A stretch of 64,000 nucleotides of DNA, from positions 1 through 64,000 of the forward strand of contig NGBS01000874.1 in assembly GCA_002245135.1 (NCBI GenBank), given 5' to 3'. Below are positions 24,074 to 34,644 of the stretch, piece by piece (positions within the stretch are counted from its first letter, which is position 1; the number at the start of each line of letters is the position of its first letter). The notes beneath the pieces were generated by a model. That model saw only the letters and a list, made by a program, of their open reading frames with translations. It searched no databases and was not told where the DNA came from. Source of the DNA: Proteromonas lacertae (taxonomy: Eukaryota). The translations under genes were made by a program, and so were the position numbers.

Positions 24074-26539
24074 TTAGTTATACAAAGTAGTGCAAGTGAA
24101 GATAAGCGGAAGGTCGAAGGAAGATGCTGCTATACTCTCTTGTAAGAAAGTAAGCTGATCTTTACCATTGAAAGCCATAAACCCTGAAGGTCTTGTTGAT
24201 TTACCAGTCTCGGGAATATGCACCCAATAAGAGGTTTTATTCTCGAGGTGAAATGCCCTTAAGAAGCAACATACCAGATCGTCACTCGCGTTGACAATAA
24301 CTATTCCATCAAATGAGATTGTTTCGTAACTTCGATCTATTGCAGTGATGGATAGCTGAACTCTGTTCGGATAAGCCGTAAAACAACCTTGGCAACTATT
24401 CACGTAGTGAGGTATTGCAATCTGAAGGTTCTGTACTTCAGCAATCACGGCATCCTGACTATTAAGGATGTAGTTCCACATTGAAGTCAAGGTCTCATTC
24501 ATCTGATTAGCTACCGTGGTAATCTCCGATGATCCATCTCCTTGAGATGCCAGGCTTTCTACTGATGTCTTTAACTCGGTCAACTTCTTCTGGACATCCT
24601 GAACATTGCTATCGACTGAGTTGATCTTACTTAATTGAGCTGCACTGGTAAAGTTGTTTACTTGAGTCACAGCCAGGTTGTTGAGGTTGTTGACTTTGCC
24701 TTGGACTTCAATGACTCTTGTCTGGCAGTCTCCTATCTTTGAATGTACTTCATTGACCTTGGCTAATTGAGCTGGTGAACAAAAGCTATTGACATTCCCG
24801 GAATTGAATCCATCGATCTTGGTTCTGATAGCAGCTGCATTGTTGATAGCTGTATCGATCAGTCCTTTACGGGTATTGTTAAAGAAGCCATCCAAGTTCC
24901 TTCGTAGGTTGTCTTCTTCAGTCCTTCTAGCCACGCCACAGGTTGCATTCACATCATTGATACTTAGAGAATCCACCTTGATCTTGATTGCATCGGTGTT
25001 GGCCTTAGTTGTATCAATGAAGTTACCTCGGCCTTCAGTACAGAACTGGTTAATACTCTCCTTGTTGAGGTCATGGACACGTTCATAACACTTATCTATC
25101 TTCTCCGATCGATCCGAAGTACAGAAGTGCTTCACTGCCGTGTTAGTCTCATCGATAGCAGCACTTCTCGGGATAGTACAAAACTCCTTGATCGCGTTGT
25201 CAGCATCGTCGAGCTCCTTAGTTCTCTTATCGGTAATGAATCCTTTGATCAGTTCCTCAATACTCTTGACAATGGTAAGTCTCTCCAAGGAGCAGTAGTT
25301 GTTAATGTCTTCGATGGCTATGCCGGTGATCAGCTCATGGACTTTATCAATCTTCTCCTTCTGTGAGCTACTACAATACTGGTTGATATTATCAATATCT
25401 ACCTTACTTACAATATCCTTGGTCTTGTCAATAGCGGTAGCTCTCTCCTCAGCGCAGAAGGTATTCGTCTTGTCAGCTTCTCCATTCAACCTGGCGATCT
25501 CTTCCTCCATAGCATTCATCTGGTTCTTGAAGTCCTTGTTGTAACCATTGGCAATCTCCATCTCTTGTAAGACCTCCTTGAACTTAATCATGTTATTGTT
25601 GATCACAGTATTGATTGCCTTGTACTCCTCGTAGTTGTTCTTCATCTTGATCAACTCCTCGGAGGCTACTTTGATCTGCTTCTCTAAGTCAGTGAGCTTC
25701 GTAAGGCTCTTATCATCCACCGTAGTGATGTACTTGATCATATCGTAGACGTTAACATCCCCGATGTTGAGACTCTCGCATAATGACTTCAACAAGGTAC
25801 TTAGACGATCCAGTTTCTCATCCTCCGATGCTTTCAATTGATCGATTGAAGTGTTGGTGGATTCAAGGGCATTGCTTACATCCTCCATGCTCTTATACAA
25901 CTCTGGTAATTGCTTCTCCGTGTATTGCTTAAGTTCATTGTTGCAAGTAGCGATATTGCTCAAGGTTGTAATAGTCGTATCTCCGAAGTCTTTAGGGATC
26001 TTGTTGTTAAGCAAAGTACTTAGGTTCTTGACTTCCTGGAGCTTCTGATCGATACCTTCAATCTTATCAGTCTCATCTTGCACTTCCTTTAAGGTCGATT
26101 GAATAGCTTTATGATCTGGTTGTAAGGTACCTTGAAGGTACTCATGGAGTTGATGATGATCAGTCTCTAGCTTAGCCAACTTCGTAGATGACTCCTCCGA
26201 GTGATCATCCAACTTTCTCTTGATAGCTGTTGTGGATGAGGTTACTTCTTCTTGTTGCTTCTGATTGATACTGACGGGTGTTCCTCGGAGGACTTCTTGG
26301 ATAGTGCTTACCAATGGAGGATTGATCTTATCATAGTCTATCACGGCCTTGAGTTCACCAGAACCCAAGGCCTTTTGAATCACTTCCTGGGAGTCTTGAA
26401 ACAACACGTCCTTATCGTACTTAACAACGACCTTCCCATCTATCTTTTGCTTCACATCGTAAGTAGTCTTGTCGATAGTATTAAGTAACCTTAACATCTC
26501 CTCATCGTTCTCCCGTAAGTTGTTCCCGGTGTTGAACAT
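24074..26539 (-). CDS. 821 aa long coiled-coil protein with (I/V)NxFC repeats and a globular C-terminus (fibre-like)
   Basis: Intact ORF with heptad-rich sequence and repeated INQYC/INNYC/IKEFC/VKHFC/INQFC/VNSFC. Confidence 0.75.
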   Translation of the reverse strand: MFNTGNNLRENDEEMLRLLNTIDKTTYDVKQKIDGKVVVKYDKDVLFQDSQEVIQKALGSGELKAVIDYDKINPPLVSTIQEVLRGTPVSINQKQQEEVTSSTTAIKRKLDDHSEESSTKLAKLETDHHQLHEYLQGTLQPDHKAIQSTLKEVQDETDKIEGIDQKLQEVKNLSTLLNNKIPKDFGDTTITTLSNIATCNNELKQYTEKQLPELYKSMEDVSNALESTNTSIDQLKASEDEKLDRLSTLLKSLCESLNIGDVNVYDMIKYITTVDDKSLTKLTDLEKQIKVASEELIKMKNNYEEYKAINTVINNNMIKFKEVLQEMEIANGYNKDFKNQMNAMEEEIARLNGEADKTNTFCAEERATAIDKTKDIVSKVDIDNINQYCSSSQKEKIDKVHELITGIAIEDINNYCSLERLTIVKSIEELIKGFITDKRTKELDDADNAIKEFCTIPRSAAIDETNTAVKHFCTSDRSEKIDKCYERVHDLNKESINQFCTEGRGNFIDTTKANTDAIKIKVDSLSINDVNATCGVARRTEEDNLRRNLDGFFNNTRKGLIDTAINNAAAIRTKIDGFNSGNVNSFCSPAQLAKVNEVHSKIGDCQTRVIEVQGKVNNLNNLAVTQVNNFTSAAQLSKINSVDSNVQDVQKKLTELKTSVESLASQGDGSSEITTVANQMNETLTSMWNYILNSQDAVIAEVQNLQIAIPHYVNSCQGCFTAYPNRVQLSITAIDRSYETISFDGIVIVNASDDLVCCFLRAFHLENKTSYWVHIPETGKSTRPSGFMAFNGKDQLTFLQESIAASSFDLPLIFTCTTLYN

Positions 26540-27756
26540 TGCCTAGGTAATGATTCCAGATTAGAACTTTACTTATAGATCCAGGAGCTACTTTACTTAG
26601 ATGGTTTCTCAGGTATCTCTTATATCATAACATGTCCTGGCCTTCAACAGCTTTACCTACCTCCCGAGAAGTACCTTGCTTACTCTATCCACACGATGAA
26701 CTTCAACTCCTTACGATTACTAGCTGATGGATGTAGATGACTTTATCGGTCTTTGTAATGAGTTGCGTGATCTCTATGCTGTAAACTTCATAGTCTCGAT
26801 CATCATCTACCATCTTAACTTACAATGCTTCTATTCCGATAAGACTTATACGATGGTCAGAAGCCTCCCTTTGAAGTTCAACTACTCTCCGTAGACTTCA
26901 CTTGCACCTTTGACTTCCAAGGATCTACTAATCGTCTCTCTATTCTAGATGCTCCTTTACCTTCTTGGACTTCTCGGACGTGACAGACATTGCCTATGAA
27001 GTACTTTGTCTTCACTCTTGGTTCTAGCAGTCTATGATCACTGCTATAGTAAGTACCTTGAGACTGACTGCTGAAGTTAGAGTTGATCTCATCCTTAACA
27101 TCTCTTGAAGAACTACTTGTGATCTTTATCGATACCTATCTCTTGAACTGATGGTAACCCTTCAAGTGACAATTCCTTCTAGTTCTAGTTCATCGAAGTT
27201 GTTGATCCTCAGTAATGTACTAGCCTTCAGTCTGATCACTACTAGTCTCGATATTGTTATTGAAGTCAGTGTCTTTACCTATCTACTGATAATCACCTTA
27301 CGATCGATAGCTTATAGACTCTTGGACATCTATGCCAGTGTTGCTACTTGAGGAGTATACGATATCTCTGGTCTACTTACTTACTTACTAGTAATGATTC
27401 CTAGCATCACAAGTAAGGACTACTAAGGTAAAGGATTATCGATCACACTTCCTATAGTCTGCAATTGTAACTCATTATGTACCTACAACTACTTCATGAT
27501 CTTCAGAGTCATTGATCCAAGGATGTTATCTCGGGGTTGTTGATGTCCTTACTATCATTGACTTATTCGAGACTCCTTTAATTGATTACTTACCATGTCC
27601 TTGAGTTGCTCATCTCCGTAAGGTTCCTTGAATTGATTATTTCTATTGTCCTCGGTTATACCCAAGGTAACATTTTACTAAGTACCAACAATGTTAATCA
27701 CGTTCCTTATCAGGAGATGGAGATGTGTTTATTACTACTACTACTACTTGTGGAAG

Positions 27757-28545
27757 TTACGATGACTTTGCCGAGTAAGGAGTTGCTTCAGAAGCTAGCT
27801 TTAGATGCTTCGCTGGAGGATCACTTGAAGCACCTAGCGATGGTACTGAGGGTGTTGTTATCGGTCTCTTCTTCGGAGGACTACTAAGCTGTTTTTGTCT
27901 CCTCATTGATTCTATCCTGAGTAGGAGATGATCTTCATATTGTCTTAAGCGATGATACAGACTCAAGAGACAGCACATCGGAAGTGACTTTACCTTTAGA
28001 TCTACGTGAAAGTTGATGTGTCCATCTTTGATAGATAAAACTATCTTGGCCTGGCAAGACTTCTCTTTGAGGTGAACAGCATCACATGGAAATGTAATAA
28101 TCTTATCGAACATCCCATCATGGTCGATTAGATCATTGTTGTCCTTGATTGTCTTAAGAATCTCATGTATACTGTGTTGCATAAGCTGATTAATTATATC
28201 CCTTGTTTTATCACTGGAGTTGATGGAGATTCCTGGTTGTTGATTCTTAGTAGGTTTCCCAGATCTACATCTTGGACAACATCGATAGTAGTCTCCATTG
28301 GGCTTTAACATCATCGATGAAGCGAAGTGCATATGGCATCTACTGCAGGACATAGTCTTGGCTATGAGTTCACCGTTCTCTTCCAAGGCTTTACGTTCCT
28401 CATGGCATCGGGCTATTGTCTTCTGCTTTGCCTTTGGTAAGAGAGCTCTACAAGAACTACAACAGCTGTATGCTCTTCCATCAGCTTCAGATTGGAACTC
28501 CTTCTTACATCGACTACATTTGACGATGGATTGCATGGTTACCAA
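27757..28545 (-). CDS. Tandem CxxC...CxxC zinc-finger protein
   Basis: CSRC...CSSC and CSRC...LKPNG...CPRC. A homologous remnant with LKPNGGY lies at about 36230-36310. Confidence 0.65.
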   Translation of the reverse strand: MVTMQSIVKCSRCKKEFQSEADGRAYSCCSSCRALLPKAKQKTIARCHEERKALEENGELIAKTMSCSRCHMHFASSMMLKPNGDYYRCCPRCRSGKPTKNQQPGISINSSDKTRDIINQLMQHSIHEILKTIKDNNDLIDHDGMFDKIITFPCDAVHLKEKSCQAKIVLSIKDGHINFHVDLKVKSLPMCCLLSLYHRLRQYEDHLLLRIESMRRQKQLSSPPKKRPITTPSVPSLGASSDPPAKHLKLASEATPYSAKSS

Positions 28546-30042
28546 TTAAGTATAAAAATAACTAGAAATATTTTAATGCCTTGAGTGACTGTAATAATTG
28601 ACTGGTTACTACATATTGATCTCATGGTTATTAGGTACTTGTTTATTAGCTTTACTTCTATGAGTTCTTATTCATATCTAGGAATGATGATTAGTAGATA
28701 GTCTGTAACTGGTTACTACATATTGATCACTTAGATAAGCTATTGGAATTTAGCAACTAAGTCCAGGATCTATTTTCTATGTCCCTATTTTTAAACCTTC
28801 CTTACGATGTCCTTAAGTCCGGTCAGTTCAATTTTTCTTGGCCTTATCAGAGTTGTGAATGCACCTCCAACTCCTAGGCTTCTTGTAGTAGGGGTCACTC
28901 AATGCTTCCTAAGCTCCTGCTGTTGATCTCATTCCAGTGTTAGGGTATCTGGTACTGTACTTTATAGTGAACTGTTGATTACAGATTCATCTCTATTCAA
29001 TTTTTTCTTTGAAGTTTGGATCTCTAATGTGGTTGATGATGGTTTTGATGGATACTAGAAGGCCATGTAGGCTGTGGTATGGATTTTATGAAGTATCAGT
29101 GGTGGGGTTCGAACCTGGAGGGGATGGGATGTTGGTACCTGGTCTGCCCACTAGGGCATCTTGACCTTGCTTATGTATTGCTGATCCTAGTATATGTATT
29201 GTTCAGCTACAGTATTTAGTGAATAGCTTCAGAATGATTCCTATTCTATCTCCATTGGACAGATGATGGGGAATTGACCTTAAGAAATTGCTCATTAGCT
29301 TACCTCCAGTAACATCTCTAACAAGTGCTCAGGTAAGTTCCTGCTTATCCTAAGCTTCCTAATCACGGTATCCACGTTTCTACTATTGCTTAGATGATGA
29401 TGCTGTCCTCGGGAATGAACTTTACCTTCAGGAATAAATAAACTAAACTGGTATGTAAGGAGCTTCCTAGTAGATGAATTATAAGGCTAATGGAAGATAC
29501 CTACAGAACCCTCCCGAGATTGTTTATCACGATCTTCAAGGCCTTTGATAAATTCAGAACTAGCTGGAGCATCTTGGATTCAAGTCTTAGAAAGACAATG
29601 AAACTTACCTAGGCAATGATCCTGTTCCTTGGCTTTGTAATGCAGTCTCTTGATGGAAGTTCCATGACTATGTCAGGAGGAACATCCCTTCCTTGCTAGG
29701 ATAGATGATAATTGAACTTACCTAGAAGAGTTATAAAGCCATTGTAACTTACATCTAGAAAGCTCCCGAGATTGCTTATCATTATCTTCAAGGCCCATCC
29801 AGAAGTACCATCAAGGCACCTTCCCAGATACGTCCAGCCGTGCATGACTGCGTCAGGGAATCTCCCATCGTGGGAGATTCCTTTCCTTGCCAACACAGCT
29901 GTTCTTCTCGGGAAGGTCTTGGATGAACTTATCTAGGAGAGTTTTAAGGATGATAAAACATACCTTCAGAAGCCTTCCGAGATTGCTAATCATTATCTTC
30001 AAGGGCCCTTGAGAAATCCACAACTAGCTAGAACCTCCCGTA

Positions 30043-30094
30043 GTTACCATTTGGTAACTTGTTACCAATTGGTAACTAGTTAACAATTGTAAAC
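30043..30094. repeat. Three 16 bp palindromes at an 18 bp period
   Basis: GTTACCATTTGGTAAC, GTTACCAATTGGTAAC, GTTAACAATTGTAAAC; conserved at about 36496..36545. Confidence 0.8.
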
Positions 30095-30225
30095 TCCCGG
30101 TTCCACGATTGGTTTCCACGGTTCAATTAAAAGCCCTTACAAGATCACCAGCGTAGCAAGGAGAGTCAAGAGCATGATTAGAATCATCACCTCGAGGTAA
30201 CCAACACTTCTAGATAGCTTCCAGG

Positions 30226-31295
30226 CTGAGTTCGGCGGGGACAGGGACAAAAAGGACATGTCCGGGACATGTCCGGGACAAGAGTATGATAAAGGACAGT
30301 AATTTATCCCTTTTGTAAACATTTGATATTACCTTTTTGTAATATAAATAAATTATGTGATTTTTTTGTTTATTAAAACATTTATAAGTAAGAATAAAGA
30401 TAATTAATAATAACATTGATAATCTGGACTACCTTCTTCACTTTGCTCATCATCTTCTTCACTTATATCTTCCACATTAGTAATTTCTCTATTTTCATCT
30501 TCATCAATTCCTACATTTTGTTCTTATTCTCTCTTATTTCTCTCAACTAATTCATACTTTAATCTCATAATGTTATTAATAGTATCTAAGTTTAATCTAT
30601 TTCTCCTGTATGAATGTATTACTCTTTCGATGGAGAAAATTCTCTCAATAAAAGAGCTTGAACATGGTATTGTTGATATAATGTCATAGATTTTCTTTAA
30701 ATTTCTAAAGTATATCTCATATGTTGTAAAGCATATATCGATTGAAATACTTTCGCGAAAAATGGAAGAAGGTAAATAATATATGATATTAAAAATGCAA
30801 GAACTCGAGTTAATCAAACATTTTTTCTTTTTTTCTACTTTTTATTTGTATTTAATCCAGGCATATTTTATAGTACAAATTAGTGCAATGATAAGCATGT
30901 ATCATGTGGAGTTCTGTTATGTGATGAGTGTTTGTAAATGGGGATATTCTTCATTAAACTATACAGAGTTATCTAAGTGGTATAAGTGGGTTAAATATTA
31001 TTCATAGATATAGCAAATATGGCTTAAATGGATTTTCAAAAGATATTATTTAGGATATACAAAAATGACTTGAGTATAGTATGTAATACTTAATATTAAG
31101 CTTATTTAATGCTATTGCAGAATATTTTTATTGAAAAAACAGAAACTTAAACTCAAAAATATAGGACAAAAAAGGACGTGTTAAACTACACGTCCCGGGA
31201 CAAAGAGGACATGTGTAATCAACGAGAAGTTTTAGTGTATGAAAAGGACAAGGGACGGGACAAAACACAAAAGGACGTCCCGTTGCCGAACTCAG
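30226..31295 (-). mobile_element. Non-autonomous hAT transposon inserted in the right TIR
   Basis: CTGAGTTCGGC...GCCGAACTCAG termini; TSD CTTCCAGG (30218-30225 and 31296-31303). Confidence 0.95.
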
Positions 31296-31473
31296 CTTCC
31301 AGGAGTACCCGTAGGAGATCATCTCATAGATAAGTATAGGTAGGTATAGGAAGGTATAGGTAAGTATTGGTAGGTATAGATAGATATAGAAATAGCTTAG
31401 AGGAGTTCCCGTAGGGAAGTAGACCCCGTTGAGAAGTAGACCCTGTTGGGAGGAATCCCGTAGGAACCTTACG

Positions 31474-31676
31474 TAAATGGGACTCTGGGACATTGTCACA
31501 GAGTTCTAACGAGTGTTCTAGGAGTCCGTCCCCTTCTATATTCAGAGTTGACCTTTACGGGAGCTTCATCGATGCAATCGATGAAGGCCCCGTAAAAGTC
31601 AACTCTGAATCTAGAAAGGGACGGACTCCTAGAACACTCGTTAGAACTCTGTGACAATGTCCCAGAGTCCCATTTA
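31474..31676. repeat. 203 bp terminal fold-back palindrome
   Basis: Arms of about 100 bp with few mismatches around CTTCATCGAT-GCA-ATCGATGAAG; duplicated at 49218..49420. Confidence 0.95.
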
Positions 31677-31688
31677 TATACTATATAT

Positions 31689-32520
31689 CTTACTATCTCT
31701 AAAAAACAAATATTAATGTAATTATAATAATAAATCTCTATTTCTGGATATTAATAATTTGTCTTCAATAAGTCTCTTACTTTCTCAGTTTCTGAAAATA
31801 AATAAGCATTATAAAACTCTCTTAGAGGTATAATATATCCTAATTTGAAGCAAAACCTTCTAAATTCTGGTGAGTCTAATATTGTGGTACTGACTGCATT
31901 GAAGGTTATTAATTTAAATAGATCTTTGTTGACAGAATCTGAATTGACTTTGGCTTTTACCATATGTAATAATCTGAATATTTTATTTTAATCACGTTTT
32001 CCAAAACATTTTGAAGTAGTTAAAATGTTACTTCTCTAACATACAACAATTGAATAAAATCACAACTCTTTTGATGCGATAGGGGGTAATGTGATATCCC
32101 TATAGTTTCATATATTATAAAGTCTTATAAATATTGAGTAATTATACATTTAAATGATCTAAATCTTAAAAAATAAAGATTAACTTTGTCAAACCATCAA
32201 GCTTGATGTTTTTTTCTTTTATTTTTTTTATTCTATAATTAATTTAATATTATGTTAATAATATGTTATTGTGAGTCATCATTGAGAAATAGATCAAAAT
32301 AATAGTAATATAAAATGTGCATCGACCGACTGTCAAATTTGATATTTGAAAGATGATGTATAAAACATTAATTTTGTATATATGGTTAGATTATATGCTT
32401 CTTAACTCATGTTCAATAGGAGGTCAACTAATAGTTAGTATAAGTAAGGTAAAGGTCAAGCTAAAGATATAGGTTTTGACCTATAGGTAAACCTATATTT
32501 TTTGACCGAAAAATACAACA
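31689..32520 (-). mobile_element. End fragment of another TGTTG-terminated (Ginger-like) element containing an hAT-like transposase fragment (31751..31963)
   Basis: Terminus ...CCGAAAAATACAACA at 32520, where the duplication with 48375 also stops. AAGCTTGAT subterminal motif shared with the Ginger 5' regions. The ORF has ILDSPEFRRFC..LGY.IP. Confidence 0.5.
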
Positions 32521-32561
32521 CTTGTTATTATCATATATACTGTCATATATAATTGTAAAAC

Positions 32562-33938
32562 ATGATAACTGTTAATCAAATATATCCATTCATATTAACT
32601 ATTTTATTTCTAAGTAAATACTATTCTGAGTCTAATGTATTATCTTACCATTCATACAAATTCTATGAAAAATGCACTACTACAAGATATTTATATAATA
32701 ATACAATTTGTTTATTAAAACATTTGCAGAATTATAGTAATGGAAAAGATGTATGGAAAGATATACTTTTCAATGATAATAATAATGCTTGTTCATTTTT
32801 TAGAGATATGAATTTATTTAAACATAATCAAATGTATTTTTATCATAGATTATATAGTAGACTTCATGATAGTAATTCAATATCTATTGAAGGACATTTT
32901 CCAGATAAATCATATTTACGATTATTACCTAAAAATAAAAAAGATTACAAAAATGTAATTACTCATACATATGAAGTTCAGAGGTATATTTATAGTTATC
33001 AGCATCCAATAAACTGTTTTAATAAAAAGTTCCTAATTATAAAGGGGTTTAAATCTGGGCATGGATCTGAAATACATGTTATGACATCTTATTTATCTTT
33101 AGCAATGTCGACAAACAGAATAGCCATTTTTGATCCATATTATACAAACGACAAAGCAAATGGCACATTTTGTAAAAATGAAAAGAACTGGTTATGTTTT
33201 CTTGAACAACTAACAAACTGTTCATTGACTTTTTTTCATTTTTATACAGCTATAGAATATAGAAATAATAGTCAAAAAGAAAAGTATTTATTTATAAAAG
33301 ATTCGCAACAGTTTAGAACATTAATACCTAAAGATATTAAAAAAATTATTCAGCCATCATCGATGTATAAGCACAAATATCTTCACTATTGGCGAATTCA
33401 GGCAACTACATACATATTTAGATTAAACAGAAGAACAGAAATAAAAACAAATCATATGATAAAAGAATCAATTGGAAATAAATTGCTTTATAGTTGTTTT
33501 AATATTTGGGTTAGACATGGAGATAAATACAGAGAAATGACTCTTTTAAAATCAGAAGATTACATTCCCTCCTATAATATTTTCAAACGTGTTATTGGAT
33601 ATAACATTCCCATATACTTGTCTACTGATGATCCAAATGTTACTCTTTATTTTGATAAGAAAAAGAAATACATTAATTCATATTATTTAAAGTTTAAACG
33701 AAAGAATGATCATTGTATTGAAAATTTAAGAAGAGGTACAGAAATGACATTATATTTTATTGCAGATATAAAAGCTGCATTGTATTGTGATGGTTTTAGC
33801 GGTACTAGAAAAAGTAATGTTGTAAGATTGATTGATGAATTAAGAACTACAGTGGGTTTATCAGCAAATTCTTTATACTTTGAAAATGGAGATATTCATT
33901 TTTCTGATACAGCTTATGAATATTATGAATTTTGGTGA
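32562..33938 (+). CDS. GT23 (FUT8/NodZ-like) alpha-1,6-fucosyltransferase-like protein, probable host gene
   Basis: N-terminal hydrophobic anchor; GHGSEIH, VRHGDK, IYLSTDDP and SNVVRLIDELR motifs; intact 458 aa ORF. Confidence 0.8.
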   Translation: MITVNQIYPFILTILFLSKYYSESNVLSYHSYKFYEKCTTTRYLYNNTICLLKHLQNYSNGKDVWKDILFNDNNNACSFFRDMNLFKHNQMYFYHRLYSRLHDSNSISIEGHFPDKSYLRLLPKNKKDYKNVITHTYEVQRYIYSYQHPINCFNKKFLIIKGFKSGHGSEIHVMTSYLSLAMSTNRIAIFDPYYTNDKANGTFCKNEKNWLCFLEQLTNCSLTFFHFYTAIEYRNNSQKEKYLFIKDSQQFRTLIPKDIKKIIQPSSMYKHKYLHYWRIQATTYIFRLNRRTEIKTNHMIKESIGNKLLYSCFNIWVRHGDKYREMTLLKSEDYIPSYNIFKRVIGYNIPIYLSTDDPNVTLYFDKKKKYINSYYLKFKRKNDHCIENLRRGTEMTLYFIADIKAALYCDGFSGTRKSNVVRLIDELRTTVGLSANSLYFENGDIHFSDTAYEYYEFW

Positions 33939-34644
33939 ATAAGAATTTATTTCATTAGAAAATATACTGCTGATAGTGTAAAGTATGATATCTACTAAAT
34001 ATGTTGTGAAAGATAAGTTATATTATTAACATACGTTTGTATGTTTTTATATCATAGATTGAATCAAATATATGTAAAGCCGTAAGAATATGTTACCGAT
34101 AAGAATAAGCGATTTAAGCGAGAAAGTAGTTTTTGATCATGTGAATGAAAAGTATGTTTAATTAATCTGATGTAGTATGATGATCAAAGTTGTTTGTGAT
34201 GATGATTAACATCCTATTGTAGATTAAGAAATAGTTTTTTTATCGTATTAAGTATTCAACTATTTCTATTACTCTACTTCAAATACTATTAATGTTAATT
34301 TGTCATATACAGTTTTAAATTATATTTTTCACTTTATTTCAATTTTCATTTATTCATTTTGATTTTGATAAAAATATATTCTTATTTGTTATTTTCACTC
34401 AGATCATATTCATATTATCATATTATCATCATACACAGCTTTTAAACTGTTCAACAACAACTTATATACAATTTTAGATGAATCTACTACAATAAACCAT
34501 TAAACATTATATTCACTTATCTTTCATTTTATATTATTTTAATATTATTTTTCACTCACTTTTACAAATATACCAAATATTACCATTTCTTAGAATTTTC
34601 TGATTTTCAAACTATTGAATAATGAAAAGAGTATTAAGATATAT

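Larger units (their letters stand above)
23378..31682. mobile_element. GC-richer TIR element with AGT...ACT termini and ATATAT flanks (Polinton/Maverick-like, non-autonomous)
   Basis: Left TIR 23378..23646 matches the right TIR 30185..31682 (split by hAT). ATATAT at 23372-23377 and 31683-31688. Abrupt compositional shift. Confidence 0.8.

Noticed and set aside
24789..26488. Plus-strand ORFs opposite the 821 aa gene
   Set aside because: Antisense shadows of a GC-richer coding strand with no recognisable motifs.
31329..31390. CRISPR-like or coding repeat array
   Set aside because: A degenerate 10 bp minisatellite (TAGGTATAGG-like) inside the TIR, with no spacers and no cas genes.
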